Source: an uncultured Syntrophaceae bacterium
GTDB taxonomy: Bacteria; Desulfobacterota; Desulfomonilia; Desulfomonilales; Desulfomonilaceae
Reading direction: 5' to 3'
Assembly (NCBI GenBank): GCA_964497585.1
Contig: CAZCDS010000010.1
Coordinates: 1 to 55,535, forward strand
Length of the DNA: 55,535 nucleotides
Shown here: piece by piece, positions 46,742 through 55,535 of the stretch
Position numbering within the stretch: position 1 is the first letter of the stretch
Layout: every line of letters starts with the position of its first letter
Position numbers and translations under genes: made by a program
Notes under the pieces: model-generated
Told to the model about the DNA's origin: nothing
Database searches by the model: none
Seen by the model: only the letters and a program-made list of their open reading frames with translations

Positions 46742-49700
46742 AGTGCCCCCGGTGCCAGCACGACAATCCCCCGCAGTCGAGCTTCTGCCTGGAGTGCGGA
46801 GGGCGTTTGACCCTCAGGTGCGGCTCGTGTGGCGCTGACCTTCCGTCAGGATCCAAATTCTGCAACAACTGCGGGGCTCCCGTACAGCCCTCGGCCCCCT
46901 CTCGACCCCGGTTCGACTCCCCTGATACCTACACTCCAAAACACCTCGCCGAGAGCATCCTGACCTCCAAGAGTGCTCTCGAAGGCGAACGCAAGCACGT
47001 GACCGTGCTGTTCGCCGATCTCAAGGGCTCGATGGAGCTCCTCGCCGACCGGGACCCCGAGGAGGCGCGGAGACTCCTCGATCCGGTCCTGGAGCGGATG
47101 ATGGAGGCCGTCCATCACTACGAGGGCACGGTGAATCAGGTGATGGGCGACGGGATCATGGCGCTCTTCGGCGCGCCGGTGGCCCACGAGGACCACGCGG
47201 TCCGTGCCTGCTATGCCGCGCTCCGGATGCAGAAGTGGATCAACCATTATGCGGACGAACTCCAGCGTGGGGGCGGCGCCCCGGTGCAGATTCGCGTGGG
47301 GCTCAATTCGGGCGAGGTGGTCGTGCGCGCCATCGGCAGTGACCTGCACATGGACTACACCGCCGTCGGGCAGACCACCCACCTCGCCGCCCGGATGGAG
47401 CAGATCGCCAGGCCAGGGTCCGTCCTGGTCAGCGGCGACACCCTGAAGCTGGCCGAAGGGTACGTACAGGTGAGACCGCTCGGGCCGGTCATCGTGAAGG
47501 GGCTGGAGAACCCGACTGAGGTGTACGAGCTCACCGGGGTCGGGCCGGCCCGGTCCCGACTCCAGGCCAGCGCCGCGCGCGGCCTGACCCGTTTTGTGGG
47601 GCGCGAGCGAGAGCTGCAGCGGCTAGCAGAGACGCTCGAGCAAGCCGGTGCAGGACACGGGCAGGTGGTCGCCGTCGTGGGCGAGGCGGGCGTGGGGAAA
47701 TCCCGCCTCGCCTGGGAGTTGACGCGCTCGCACCGCACCTACGGTTGGCTGGTGCTCGAAAGCGGTTCGGTCTCCTATGGGAGGACCACGCCGCACCTGG
47801 CCGTCAACGAGCTGTTGAAGTCATATCTAAGGATCCAGGAGCGTGACGACCAGCGGGAGATTCGCGAACGAGTGGCGGGCAAACTCGTGACGCTGGACCG
47901 GACGCTGGAACCGCTCTTGACGCCGCTCCTGGCGCTCCTGGATGTCCCTGTCGACGATGTCGCGTGGGACTGTCTCGACCCTCCGCAACGCCGCCAGCGG
48001 ATCCTGGAGGCGGTCAAACAGCTCCTCTTCCGGGAAAGTCAGGTCCAACCTCTCCTCTTGCTCTTCGAGGATCTTCACTGGATTGACTCCGAGAGCCAAG
48101 CGCTGCTCGAAGGCCTCATCGACAGCCTCCCGACCGAGCGCATCCTGCTCCTCGTCAACTACCGTCCCGAGTACCAGCACGCCTGGGGGAGCAAGACCTA
48201 CTACACCCAGCTCAGGATCGATCCGTTGGCGCCCGAGAGCGCCGAAGAGCTGCTCACAGCCTTGGTGGGCCAGGACAGGACGCTCGAGCCGCTCAAGCGA
48301 GTGTTGATCGAGCGGACCGAGGGCAACCCCTTCTTCCTCGAGGAGAGCGTGCAGAACCTGGTGGAGACCAAGGCGCTCGTTGGGGATCGGGGGGCCTATC
48401 AAATGACGAAGGCTCCGGAGGCATGGCAGATCCCGGCGACGGCTCAGGCGATCCTCGCGGCGCGTATCGACCGCTTGCCGTCCGAGGCCAAGCGGTTGCT
48501 TCAGGCTGCCTCCGTGATCGGGAAGGATGTGCCGTTGACGCTCCTGCAGGCAATCGCTGAGGTGCCCGAGAACAGCCTTCGCCAAGGGCTCGCCTACCTC
48601 CAGACGGCCGAGTTCCTATACGAGACGCACCTCTTGCAGGATCTCCAGTACACCTTCAAGCACAACCTCACCCGGGAGGTCGCCTACGGGAGCGTGCTCC
48701 AGGACCGCCGGCGCACACTCCATGCCCGGATTGTGGACGCCATCGAGGCACTCTACCCCGACCGGCTCGCCGAGCAGGTCGAGCGCCTGGCTCACCATGC
48801 CTTCCGGGGCCAGTTGTGGGAGAAGGCGGTCACTTACCTCCGGCAGGCCGGCGCCAAGGACCTCGCCCGCTCGGCCTACAGGGAGGCCGTGGCCAGCTTC
48901 GAGCAGGCACTGGAAGCATTGCACCCTCTGCCCGACACGCGCCAGAAGATCGAGCGCGCGATCGATCTTCGCCTTGACCTTCGCCAGTCGCTCTTCCCGC
49001 TGGGCGAGGTCGCGAAGATCTTGGAGTATCTCCAGGAAGCCGAAGGGCTGGCCAGAACCCTTGAGGATCCGCGACGACTCGGATGGGTGTTGGGCTATAT
49101 GACCGGCCATCACGTACACACTGGCAGTCACGTAACAGAGGTGCGCACGTTTGCGCAAAGGGTCGAGGCCATCGCCGTGCGGCTCGGCGATGTTCCGCTC
49201 CAGATAGTAGCCCAATACTATCTTGTTGCCGCCTCCCACCTCTCAGGCGACCATCGCGGGACCGAGCATCTCTGCCGGAAACTGATACAGTCGCTGCACG
49301 GCCAGCCGACCCGTGAGCGGTTCGGCCTCGTGGTGTCTCCCGCCGTCTGGTCGCGTGCCCAGTTGGGACGCGCCCTCGCCGAACGCGGCGAATTCGACGA
49401 GGGAGACGCTCACGGACAAGAGGCTATCCGGGCCGCCGAAGAGCTCGATCACCCATTCAGCGTGGTCTCGGGATGTCTCGATCTCGCGTATCTCAAGAGC
49501 ATTCGAGGGGAACTGAGCCAGGCCGCCGATCTGCTCGAACGTGCGGTCGATCAGTGCCGCGAGTGGAACATCACAAGTCACAATCCGATCACAATGGCTT
49601 CCCTGGGGCATGTGTATGCATGGTCGGGACACATTGAGGAGGGTGTCTCCTGTTTACAGCAAGCTCTGGCCGCCTACGAATGCGCAGGGACTGGGTTTTA

Positions 49701-50106
49701 CCAGTCACTTGCAGTCGAACAACTCGCCGAAGCGTATCTGCTTGCAGACCAGCCCGAGAAAGCCCGAGCCTGCGCCGACCGCGCGGTGACGCTCGCCCGC
49801 GAGCGTGGTGAACGTGGTTATGAGGCATGGGCCCGCCGCCTCCAGGGCGAGATCGCCTCGCATCATGGCCGTCCCGACGTGGCCGCGGCCGCGTCGCTCT
49901 ACGGCGCCGCAATGACCCTGGCCTCGGAGCTCGAGATGCGCCCCCTTATGGCTCACTGCCACCTCGGCCTCGGCAGGTTGTACAAGCGGACGGGTAAACG
50001 CGAGCAGGCCCAGGAGCACCTGACTACCGCGACGGCGATGTACCGCGAGATGGACATGCGCTTCTGGTTGGAGCAGGCACAGGCTGAACCGACGGTCCTG
50101 AGCTAA
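46738..50106 (+). CDS. Multidomain signalling protein: double zinc-ribbon, class III adenylate/guanylate cyclase, AAA/STAND ATPase and TPR repeats.
   Basis: N-terminal CPRCQ...CLECG...CGSCG...CNNCG. Cyclase motifs (VTVLFADLKGS..., ...GDGIMALFGAP...). Walker A VVGEAGVGKSRL. C-terminal TPR-like helical repeats. 1122 aa. Confidence 0.85.
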   Translation: MKCPRCQHDNPPQSSFCLECGGRLTLRCGSCGADLPSGSKFCNNCGAPVQPSAPSRPRFDSPDTYTPKHLAESILTSKSALEGERKHVTVLFADLKGSMELLADRDPEEARRLLDPVLERMMEAVHHYEGTVNQVMGDGIMALFGAPVAHEDHAVRACYAALRMQKWINHYADELQRGGGAPVQIRVGLNSGEVVVRAIGSDLHMDYTAVGQTTHLAARMEQIARPGSVLVSGDTLKLAEGYVQVRPLGPVIVKGLENPTEVYELTGVGPARSRLQASAARGLTRFVGRERELQRLAETLEQAGAGHGQVVAVVGEAGVGKSRLAWELTRSHRTYGWLVLESGSVSYGRTTPHLAVNELLKSYLRIQERDDQREIRERVAGKLVTLDRTLEPLLTPLLALLDVPVDDVAWDCLDPPQRRQRILEAVKQLLFRESQVQPLLLLFEDLHWIDSESQALLEGLIDSLPTERILLLVNYRPEYQHAWGSKTYYTQLRIDPLAPESAEELLTALVGQDRTLEPLKRVLIERTEGNPFFLEESVQNLVETKALVGDRGAYQMTKAPEAWQIPATAQAILAARIDRLPSEAKRLLQAASVIGKDVPLTLLQAIAEVPENSLRQGLAYLQTAEFLYETHLLQDLQYTFKHNLTREVAYGSVLQDRRRTLHARIVDAIEALYPDRLAEQVERLAHHAFRGQLWEKAVTYLRQAGAKDLARSAYREAVASFEQALEALHPLPDTRQKIERAIDLRLDLRQSLFPLGEVAKILEYLQEAEGLARTLEDPRRLGWVLGYMTGHHVHTGSHVTEVRTFAQRVEAIAVRLGDVPLQIVAQYYLVAASHLSGDHRGTEHLCRKLIQSLHGQPTRERFGLVVSPAVWSRAQLGRALAERGEFDEGDAHGQEAIRAAEELDHPFSVVSGCLDLAYLKSIRGELSQAADLLERAVDQCREWNITSHNPITMASLGHVYAWSGHIEEGVSCLQQALAAYECAGTGFYQSLAVEQLAEAYLLADQPEKARACADRAVTLARERGERGYEAWARRLQGEIASHHGRPDVAAAASLYGAAMTLASELEMRPLMAHCHLGLGRLYKRTGKREQAQEHLTTATAMYREMDMRFWLEQAQAEPTVLS

Positions 50107-50164
50107 TGTGCTATCATGTCTCCTTGAGAAACAGAATTCGGCTGATGCCACCAGGAGGTTGACG

Positions 50165-50527
50165 ATGATTGAAATTCTGCCCCAGTCCGAAGGAAAGACC
50201 CTTGGCGTTCGTTTGACGGGAAAGGTGACAGACGAGGATTACGAGAAGGTTTTCCTCCCGGCCCTGGACGAGCTGATCAAGAAGTACGGCAAAGCTAGCT
50301 GCGTTTATTTCATGGATGAAGATTTCGAGGGCTGGAAACTGGGCGCCATGTGGGACGACGCCAGCTTCGGCATGAAACACAGGAATGATTTCGAAAAAAT
50401 TGCCGTTGTTGGTGGACCGAAGTGGGCGGAATGGGCTACGAAGATCGCCGCTCATCTCATGTCATGCGAAGTGAAGACCTACACCGGAGACCAACTTGAC
50501 GATGCCTGGTCCTGGACCAAGGGGTGA
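50165..50527 (+). CDS. STAS/SpoIIAA-like (DUF3478-type) small protein.
   Basis: Start MIEILPQSEG after AGGAGG-N6. ~120 aa with the MIEILP...KIAVVGG pattern typical of SpoIIAA-like DUF3478 proteins. Confidence 0.5.
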   Translation: MIEILPQSEGKTLGVRLTGKVTDEDYEKVFLPALDELIKKYGKASCVYFMDEDFEGWKLGAMWDDASFGMKHRNDFEKIAVVGGPKWAEWATKIAAHLMSCEVKTYTGDQLDDAWSWTKG

Positions 50528-50729
50528 GGCAGACAAGACCGTTAAGGAGATGCCGAAGGTCTTCGATATGCGCCTCGGAGTCTTTCTGCCTCGAGCAAGA
50601 GGCTTCGGAGAATCGGTCTTCCGGGCCGTAAGCGAAAGAAACTCTCAAACTGTTTGGGATAGGGGACTCCTTTTTCTGGTTTCTGATTCCCAGGCTCCAG
50701 CCTGGGAACGAGGAAAGGAGGATGAGGCG

Positions 50730-51587
50730 ATGGGGAGTGGGGAATTGAGTGCGACTGGTAATACCGACAAGAAGGCTGAGGCACCACGGCTGAGCTGGTG
50801 CTGGTTGCTAATCGTGGGCGTGATAGTATTGTGGCTTGCTGCCTGGTATCTTACGACTGTGTTCATCCAGAGTCCTCAAGAAAGAGGCACTTTCGGCGAC
50901 ATGTTCGGGTCGGTTAACTCCCTGTTCGCCGGACTAGCCTTTGCGGGACTTCTCTTTGCAATTTTCCTCCAACGAAAGGAATTGGAGCTTCAGCGCCAAG
51001 AACTTCAGGAGGCACGGGTTCAGTATCGCAGGCAAGCCGATCAGCTTGAGGCCCCAGCGCGGACTATTTCAAAACAGCGCTTTGAGGATACCTTCTTTCG
51101 CATGTTGGACATTCTGAAAAAACAGGTTGGCGAGGTCACTACTCATTGCAACGCTTCGTCCGGGGAGGTGACCGGATATGATGCACTGGCTTGCATCTAT
51201 TCAGAGTTCAAGGAAACTTACGATCAATTCCATGAGGAAAGAGAACCCTCAGGTCATTCAAGAGAGCAGAACGCACTAACCCTTATTCTCCAGCAACACC
51301 CGCAATTGCTGAACTACTTTGGTACCCTCGTACACACACTCTCTCTACTCGAGAAAAGTGACATTCGAGACAAGATATTCTACGGTACATTCTTATCCGC
51401 CCAACTTCAGCGGCACGAGAAGCTTCTGTTATTTTATTATGCTCTCTGCCCAGAGTTTGGAGATACCAAGCGGAGGGTCGAGAATTACTCCGTACTTTAC
51501 GGTATTGACAAGGCAGGCCTGATCGAGCCTTTGGATGCCAATGACTACGATGCGAAAGCTTGGGAGCCGCGCAACGAGGCCGACTGA
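50730..51587 (+). CDS. Membrane protein with two N-terminal TM helices, a coiled coil and a helical C-domain. Resembles putative phage abortive-infection (Abi) proteins.
   Basis: Start MGSGEL after AGGAAAGGAGG. WLLIVGVIVLWLAAWYLTTVFIQSP...FGDMFGSVNSLFAGLAFAGLLFAIFLQRKELELQRQELQE. Local GC (~50%) is well below the contig average. Confidence 0.45.
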   Translation: MGSGELSATGNTDKKAEAPRLSWCWLLIVGVIVLWLAAWYLTTVFIQSPQERGTFGDMFGSVNSLFAGLAFAGLLFAIFLQRKELELQRQELQEARVQYRRQADQLEAPARTISKQRFEDTFFRMLDILKKQVGEVTTHCNASSGEVTGYDALACIYSEFKETYDQFHEEREPSGHSREQNALTLILQQHPQLLNYFGTLVHTLSLLEKSDIRDKIFYGTFLSAQLQRHEKLLLFYYALCPEFGDTKRRVENYSVLYGIDKAGLIEPLDANDYDAKAWEPRNEAD

Positions 51588-51942
51588 TTGAGAGGTCGGC
51601 TGGGCAATGGGTCAGGCCTACTCTTGGCTCTTCTTGACCGGCCCCTAAGCCGCCTCCACCGATGGTTTGTCCGCCTCAGACTGCGACGACATAATTGGCC
51701 TCCGGCGGCGTCACTCGCCCTGAATAGTCTTTCGATCATATTCAGATCATCTTGCCAACTGTTTGAGGATCTCCTCTCGTACTCGCTTCTCGGCCGCCTG
51801 CTGAACGTGAAAACAGACAGTGTCCCACGGGACAATCCCTCCCTGAAAGTTGTTTCTGATATTCAGGAAAGCGTTCTCCGCCTTAGTGGACCGTTTGCCC
51901 AATTACATTGTCATGAACTGTCCGTAGGAACTCATGTTCGTC

Positions 51943-52012
51943 ATTCCGGCGAAAGCCGGAATCCAGACCCTGCAAACCTTTCCGGTTTCCTGGACCCCGG
52001 CTTCCGCCGGGG
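51943..52012. terminator. Two tandem hairpins (ATTCCGGC-GAAA-GCCGGAAT and CCCCGGC-TTCC-GCCGGGG) between convergent genes.
   Basis: Perfect 8-bp and 7-bp stems, the first with a GNRA tetraloop. They sit between the 3' ends of 50730..51587 (+) and the flotillin gene (-). Confidence 0.45.
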
Positions 52013-52079
52013 TGACGGTCAAGAATCCGAGACCGTGATTACGGCAAGAAGTATGTACTGTCGACCTACGACACCTGCC

Positions 52080-53600
52080 CTATTCCTTCGGTTCCTTTGC
52101 CGGTTTCCGGGTGACTTTCGTCGTGTCGGGCCGGGCTTGAGCCGCGCTACCGAGGAATTCGGGCAGTTCGAGCCCCACCTGTTTCGCGAGTTCGTGCATT
52201 GGCGGGAGCACGCCCATGATACGGCGGCCAAGGTCCGCCACTCCGCCGTGGTCGCCGCCGCCGCTGTCCCAGACGGTGATCTTGTCGAGTGGGAGATTCT
52301 TGATGGCTTCCACCTGTATCTTGGAGACATCGGTGAGCTTCTCGATGAGGAGCAGAGCCGCGGCGAGCGAAGGATCGGCCGTACACGCGGCAACGAGAGC
52401 CCGGTACCCTTCCGCCTTGGAATCGAGAATGGCCTGGATTCCCTTGGCTTCCGCTTCCATCTTGATGCGGACTCCTTCAGCTTCACCGGAGGCCACGAGA
52501 ATCTGCTGCTTCCTGGTGGCCTCTGCCTGGACCACAAGTTTCTCTCTGTCCGCTTCCGCTGGGACGACCACCTCTGCCCTGAGCCGTGCTTCTTCACGCT
52601 GAGCACGGGCTTCTTCCGCGGCCTTCTGGGCCTGTTCCTGGGCGACGCGGATGGAGCCGTCCGCCTGCATGGCCGCGGTTTGTCCCTTTGAGCGGGCTTC
52701 TTCTTCCGCAACCTTCTGACTCGCATGGTACCCGGCCTTGGCGGAATTGGCCTGGGTCTCCTTTTCAACGGCTTCCGCGTCGAGCATCGCCGTCTTTTGC
52801 CTGCGGTCACGTTCCGCGGCTGCTTCGCCGATCGCGGCCTCTGACTCCGCTGCAGCCACGGCTCTGCGCTTGTTTCTGTTCGCCTCCGCCTCGCCGACGG
52901 ATGCCTCCGCGTCGGCCGCGGCTACCGCAACGCGCTTGTCACGCTCTCTTGCCGCGACGCCGGTTCTTCCGAGCTTATCCTGTTCCGCGACATCGATTTC
53001 GGCCTGGTTGATCGCTTCGGCCGCGGCTTTTCGGCCGAGTGCCTCAATATAGCCGCTCTCGTCCTCGATATCTCGAATATTGACGTTGATCAGCGCGAGA
53101 CCGATCTTCTCCAGTTCCACGGATACCGCTTCATTGACCTTTGCCATGAATGCCTGCCGGTCGCGGTTGATGTCTTCGATCTCCATGGTTGCGATAACGG
53201 CCCGCATCTGGCCAAGGATAATATCCTGGGCCTGTTTCTTGATCTCATCGAGGCCCTGACCCAGGAGACGCACCGCGGCGTTCTGCATGATTCCCTCTTC
53301 CGTGCTGATCGCCGCGGTGACGGTGGTCGGGACTGATACACGGATATTCTCCTGGGACAATGCGCTGTCAAGCTCGATGGGCACAACGAAGGGTTCCAGA
53401 TCGAGCCACTCGTATGCTTGCAGCAGAGGCCAGACAAATGCAGCGCCGCCGTGTATGCATTTGGCCACGCCTTTACCCGTTTTCCCGTAGATCACAAGAA
53501 TCCGATTGGCGGGACACCGCTTGTAACGTGACGACAGCGCCCAGACGAAGACGATGAGCAGTGTAACGAGAATCAGCGTAATGAGCAGCGTCGCTCCCAT
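52080..53600 (-). CDS. Flotillin-like SPFH/band-7 protein.
   Basis: N-terminal TM helix, SPFH domain, and a long Ala/Glu-rich coiled-coil (EAEAKG... repeats). 506 aa. Confidence 0.85.
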   Translation of the reverse strand: MGATLLITLILVTLLIVFVWALSSRYKRCPANRILVIYGKTGKGVAKCIHGGAAFVWPLLQAYEWLDLEPFVVPIELDSALSQENIRVSVPTTVTAAISTEEGIMQNAAVRLLGQGLDEIKKQAQDIILGQMRAVIATMEIEDINRDRQAFMAKVNEAVSVELEKIGLALINVNIRDIEDESGYIEALGRKAAAEAINQAEIDVAEQDKLGRTGVAARERDKRVAVAAADAEASVGEAEANRNKRRAVAAAESEAAIGEAAAERDRRQKTAMLDAEAVEKETQANSAKAGYHASQKVAEEEARSKGQTAAMQADGSIRVAQEQAQKAAEEARAQREEARLRAEVVVPAEADREKLVVQAEATRKQQILVASGEAEGVRIKMEAEAKGIQAILDSKAEGYRALVAACTADPSLAAALLLIEKLTDVSKIQVEAIKNLPLDKITVWDSGGGDHGGVADLGRRIMGVLPPMHELAKQVGLELPEFLGSAAQARPDTTKVTRKPAKEPKE

Positions 53601-53601
53601 C

Positions 53602-54240
53602 TTATTCCCCCTTCCGATCGTCGATTGGCTCGACCTCTATAGTGTTTTCGTCCGCAATGCCGGTGACACGCACCGGTGTCCCCGCTTGGATAGCGCCACC
53701 GTCCCTGGACTTCGCATTGACATAGCTGATGGTGCCGCTGACCATGACTCGCACCTTGCCTCGGCCGTCTTCGGGCACATTGATGTACACCGTGCCCTCT
53801 TCACCGATCGAGGTCCAGATGGAGATGTTCCCGACTTCCTGAAACTGGAGGAGCTTGTACACGACGTACGAAATGAGAAACATCGCGACGGCTCCCCACA
53901 CGATGCTGTAGGCCACGGCAAGAATCACAGGGGTTCCGCTCGTGAGGTAGAGCGCTCCCGCCCAACTGAAGAGCATCCCGAACGCGAGACAGGAACGAAC
54001 CGATACGAGCGTAAAGGTTATCTCACCCCCCAGATCGTGGCCGTAAGCCCCGTCGGACGGATGGGAGGCATCGACTGACGCGTCACCAAAGTCCTGAGGG
54101 TGATCCAGAGCCGTATGTTCTTCTCCCCCGATACCGATGACCAGCGAAATCACCTGCCACGCAAAGAGGACCGAAAAGAAGATCGCTGCCGCAACAAATC
54201 CCTTGGTCAGTAGTGTCAACCCCTGCCACCAGGCTTCCAT
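53602..54240 (-). CDS. NfeD-like membrane protein (flotillin-associated, OB-fold C-terminus).
   Basis: Three or four TM helices and a C-terminal beta-rich domain. Stop immediately adjacent to the flotillin start. Confidence 0.7.
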   Translation of the reverse strand: MEAWWQGLTLLTKGFVAAAIFFSVLFAWQVISLVIGIGGEEHTALDHPQDFGDASVDASHPSDGAYGHDLGGEITFTLVSVRSCLAFGMLFSWAGALYLTSGTPVILAVAYSIVWGAVAMFLISYVVYKLLQFQEVGNISIWTSIGEEGTVYINVPEDGRGKVRVMVSGTISYVNAKSRDGGAIQAGTPVRVTGIADENTIEVEPIDDRKGE

Positions 54241-54884
54241 GCTCCCATAACCTCCTGACTCTTGTGGTCGGCTTGGCCGGTGTTATTGTCGCCTACGGAC
54301 GGAGATCTGATCGTGACAATCGTTCAGGTCCCATAATAGCATCTTGAAGGGCTTGAGGGTGCACAATCTCGCAGGGTTTTGCCGGAACGGACCGGGGAGA
54401 CTTCCTCAGACGCATCGCAGGGGGTGCTCTCTTCGAAGTCCCATGGCAGGCCGGTGAGGCATGGGGTGTCCCTTCACGAGCGGCAGAACCTTTGGTGGCG
54501 CGAGAAGGGCACCTGCCCCCGTCGGAGCCGGATGAGGCGGCCGGACATGTACTCGGCCCGGACGCTCATGCTGCGAGAGCACCAAACAGAGTAGCTCGGA
54601 TCGACGCCCGAACCGCAACTTGAAGGGTTACTGTCCACCTTGCAGTACGCTCCATCAGCGTGCTACTATGCTTGGACTCGAGGATTCTGTTCCCTGAACC
54701 GCATTATTATCGCGCACAGGGGATTCCGAGCAACTTTGACGCCGGCAGTCATCCGGAAACGGTCCCGAGGGACCGGAAGCCGATCGGAGAGCCCGCGGCT
54801 TTAGTCCGTGAACGGCTCTTTCGTAAGACCGCCGGCTTGAACCGGGTTAGGCAAGACTTAACCGAATTCTCGGAGGAGGATGGA

Positions 54885-55331
54885 ATGAAAAAGGCTCTTT
54901 TGGTGATGTTTGTTGCTTCCCTGTTCCTGGGTGTGGCGGTCCTTGGTCAGGCTGCCGAGAAGAATGGAACCATCGTGGTCATCGGAAAGAACCTGAAAGA
55001 CAGTAAGGGCAGGATCGGAGCGGCACTCTTCAAGTCCGCCGACGGGTTCCCCAAGGATTCCAAGAAGGCTTTCAAGAGAGGCAGAGCCAAAATAAAAGAC
55101 AAAAAGGCCCAAATCGAATTCAAGGGTATACCCTACGGAGAATATGCTGTTGCGCTCATCCACGACGAAAATGAAAACGGCAAGATGGACTACAACGCTA
55201 TCGGCTTGCCAAAAGAGGGGTACGGCTTCTCCAACGACGCCATGGGCACGCTCGGACCGCCGGACTTCAAGGACGCCAAGTTCAAGCTTGACTCGCCCAA
55301 GAAGGATGTGCCCATCAAACTGAACTATTAG
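54885..55331 (+). CDS. DUF2141-family secreted protein.
   Basis: Start MKKALLVMFVASLFLGVAVLGQA (signal peptide) after GGAGGAGG. Matches the ~150-aa DUF2141 pattern (...GYGFSNDA...). Confidence 0.6.
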   Translation: MKKALLVMFVASLFLGVAVLGQAAEKNGTIVVIGKNLKDSKGRIGAALFKSADGFPKDSKKAFKRGRAKIKDKKAQIEFKGIPYGEYAVALIHDENENGKMDYNAIGLPKEGYGFSNDAMGTLGPPDFKDAKFKLDSPKKDVPIKLNY

Positions 55332-55535
55332 AGCTTCGTCGACTCGCATACCCCGACGGAATGAAGCTGACCGAAAGCCGCAATGCCCGTCACCGCCCGC
55401 CGGGGGTTTTTGACAAAGGCGACCGGTGTACCTGCCCGACATCATAGAGTTTTTGGGGAGGGGTCCGGGGGGGGGGTTTTTTCAAAAAACCCCGCCCCCG
55501 GTAAATCATGCGCCTCTCAGTGGCTGGGTGGGGGG

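Overview
This is a high-GC (~60%) bacterial contig. The σ54 machinery, multiheme cytochrome c, Fe-S/PAS sensors and molybdoenzymes suggest an anaerobic Deltaproteobacteria/Desulfobacterota-like organism, but that is inference. The window mixes housekeeping and metabolic genes with a dense accessory region. Housekeeping and metabolic genes: a three-subunit xanthine-dehydrogenase-family molybdoenzyme (FAD, 2Fe-2S and Mo subunits), carB, a MATE transporter, a flotillin/NfeD pair, aldo-keto reductase, Fe-ADH, cupin and an AraC regulator. Accessory region, ~4-27 kb: a 1760-aa NACHT/STAND-type P-loop NTPase with an uncharacterised N-terminal domain (candidate Avs/NLR-like defence protein), a VapBC-like PIN toxin-antitoxin pair, and two HEPN-MNT pairs flanking a NifS-like gene. 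The same region holds four signal-peptide ankyrin-repeat proteins, one 1066 aa and one interrupted by an in-frame TAG, plus a CPBP intramembrane protease. An interspersed ~200-260-bp repeat family in six same-orientation copies, with a conserved hairpin core and 23-nt tandem 5' units, punctuates these genes. A ~100-bp direct repeat carries the last codons and terminator of the Mo-enzyme operon and recurs 11.4 kb downstream, bracketing the NACHT/VapBC/lactonase/ThDP-enzyme block like an island. A ~230-bp leader is duplicated upstream of two adjacent genes. Further on there is an orphan LarB next to a σ54 PAS regulator divergent from a σ54 promoter driving a heptaheme cytochrome c-b fusion with an EF-hand loop. 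Near the end lies a zinc-ribbon/adenylate-cyclase/STAND/TPR giant protein followed by a STAS-like protein and a low-GC 2-TM Abi-like protein. No rRNA, tRNA or CRISPR array was recognised. All annotations are from reading the sequence and the ORF translations without database searches.
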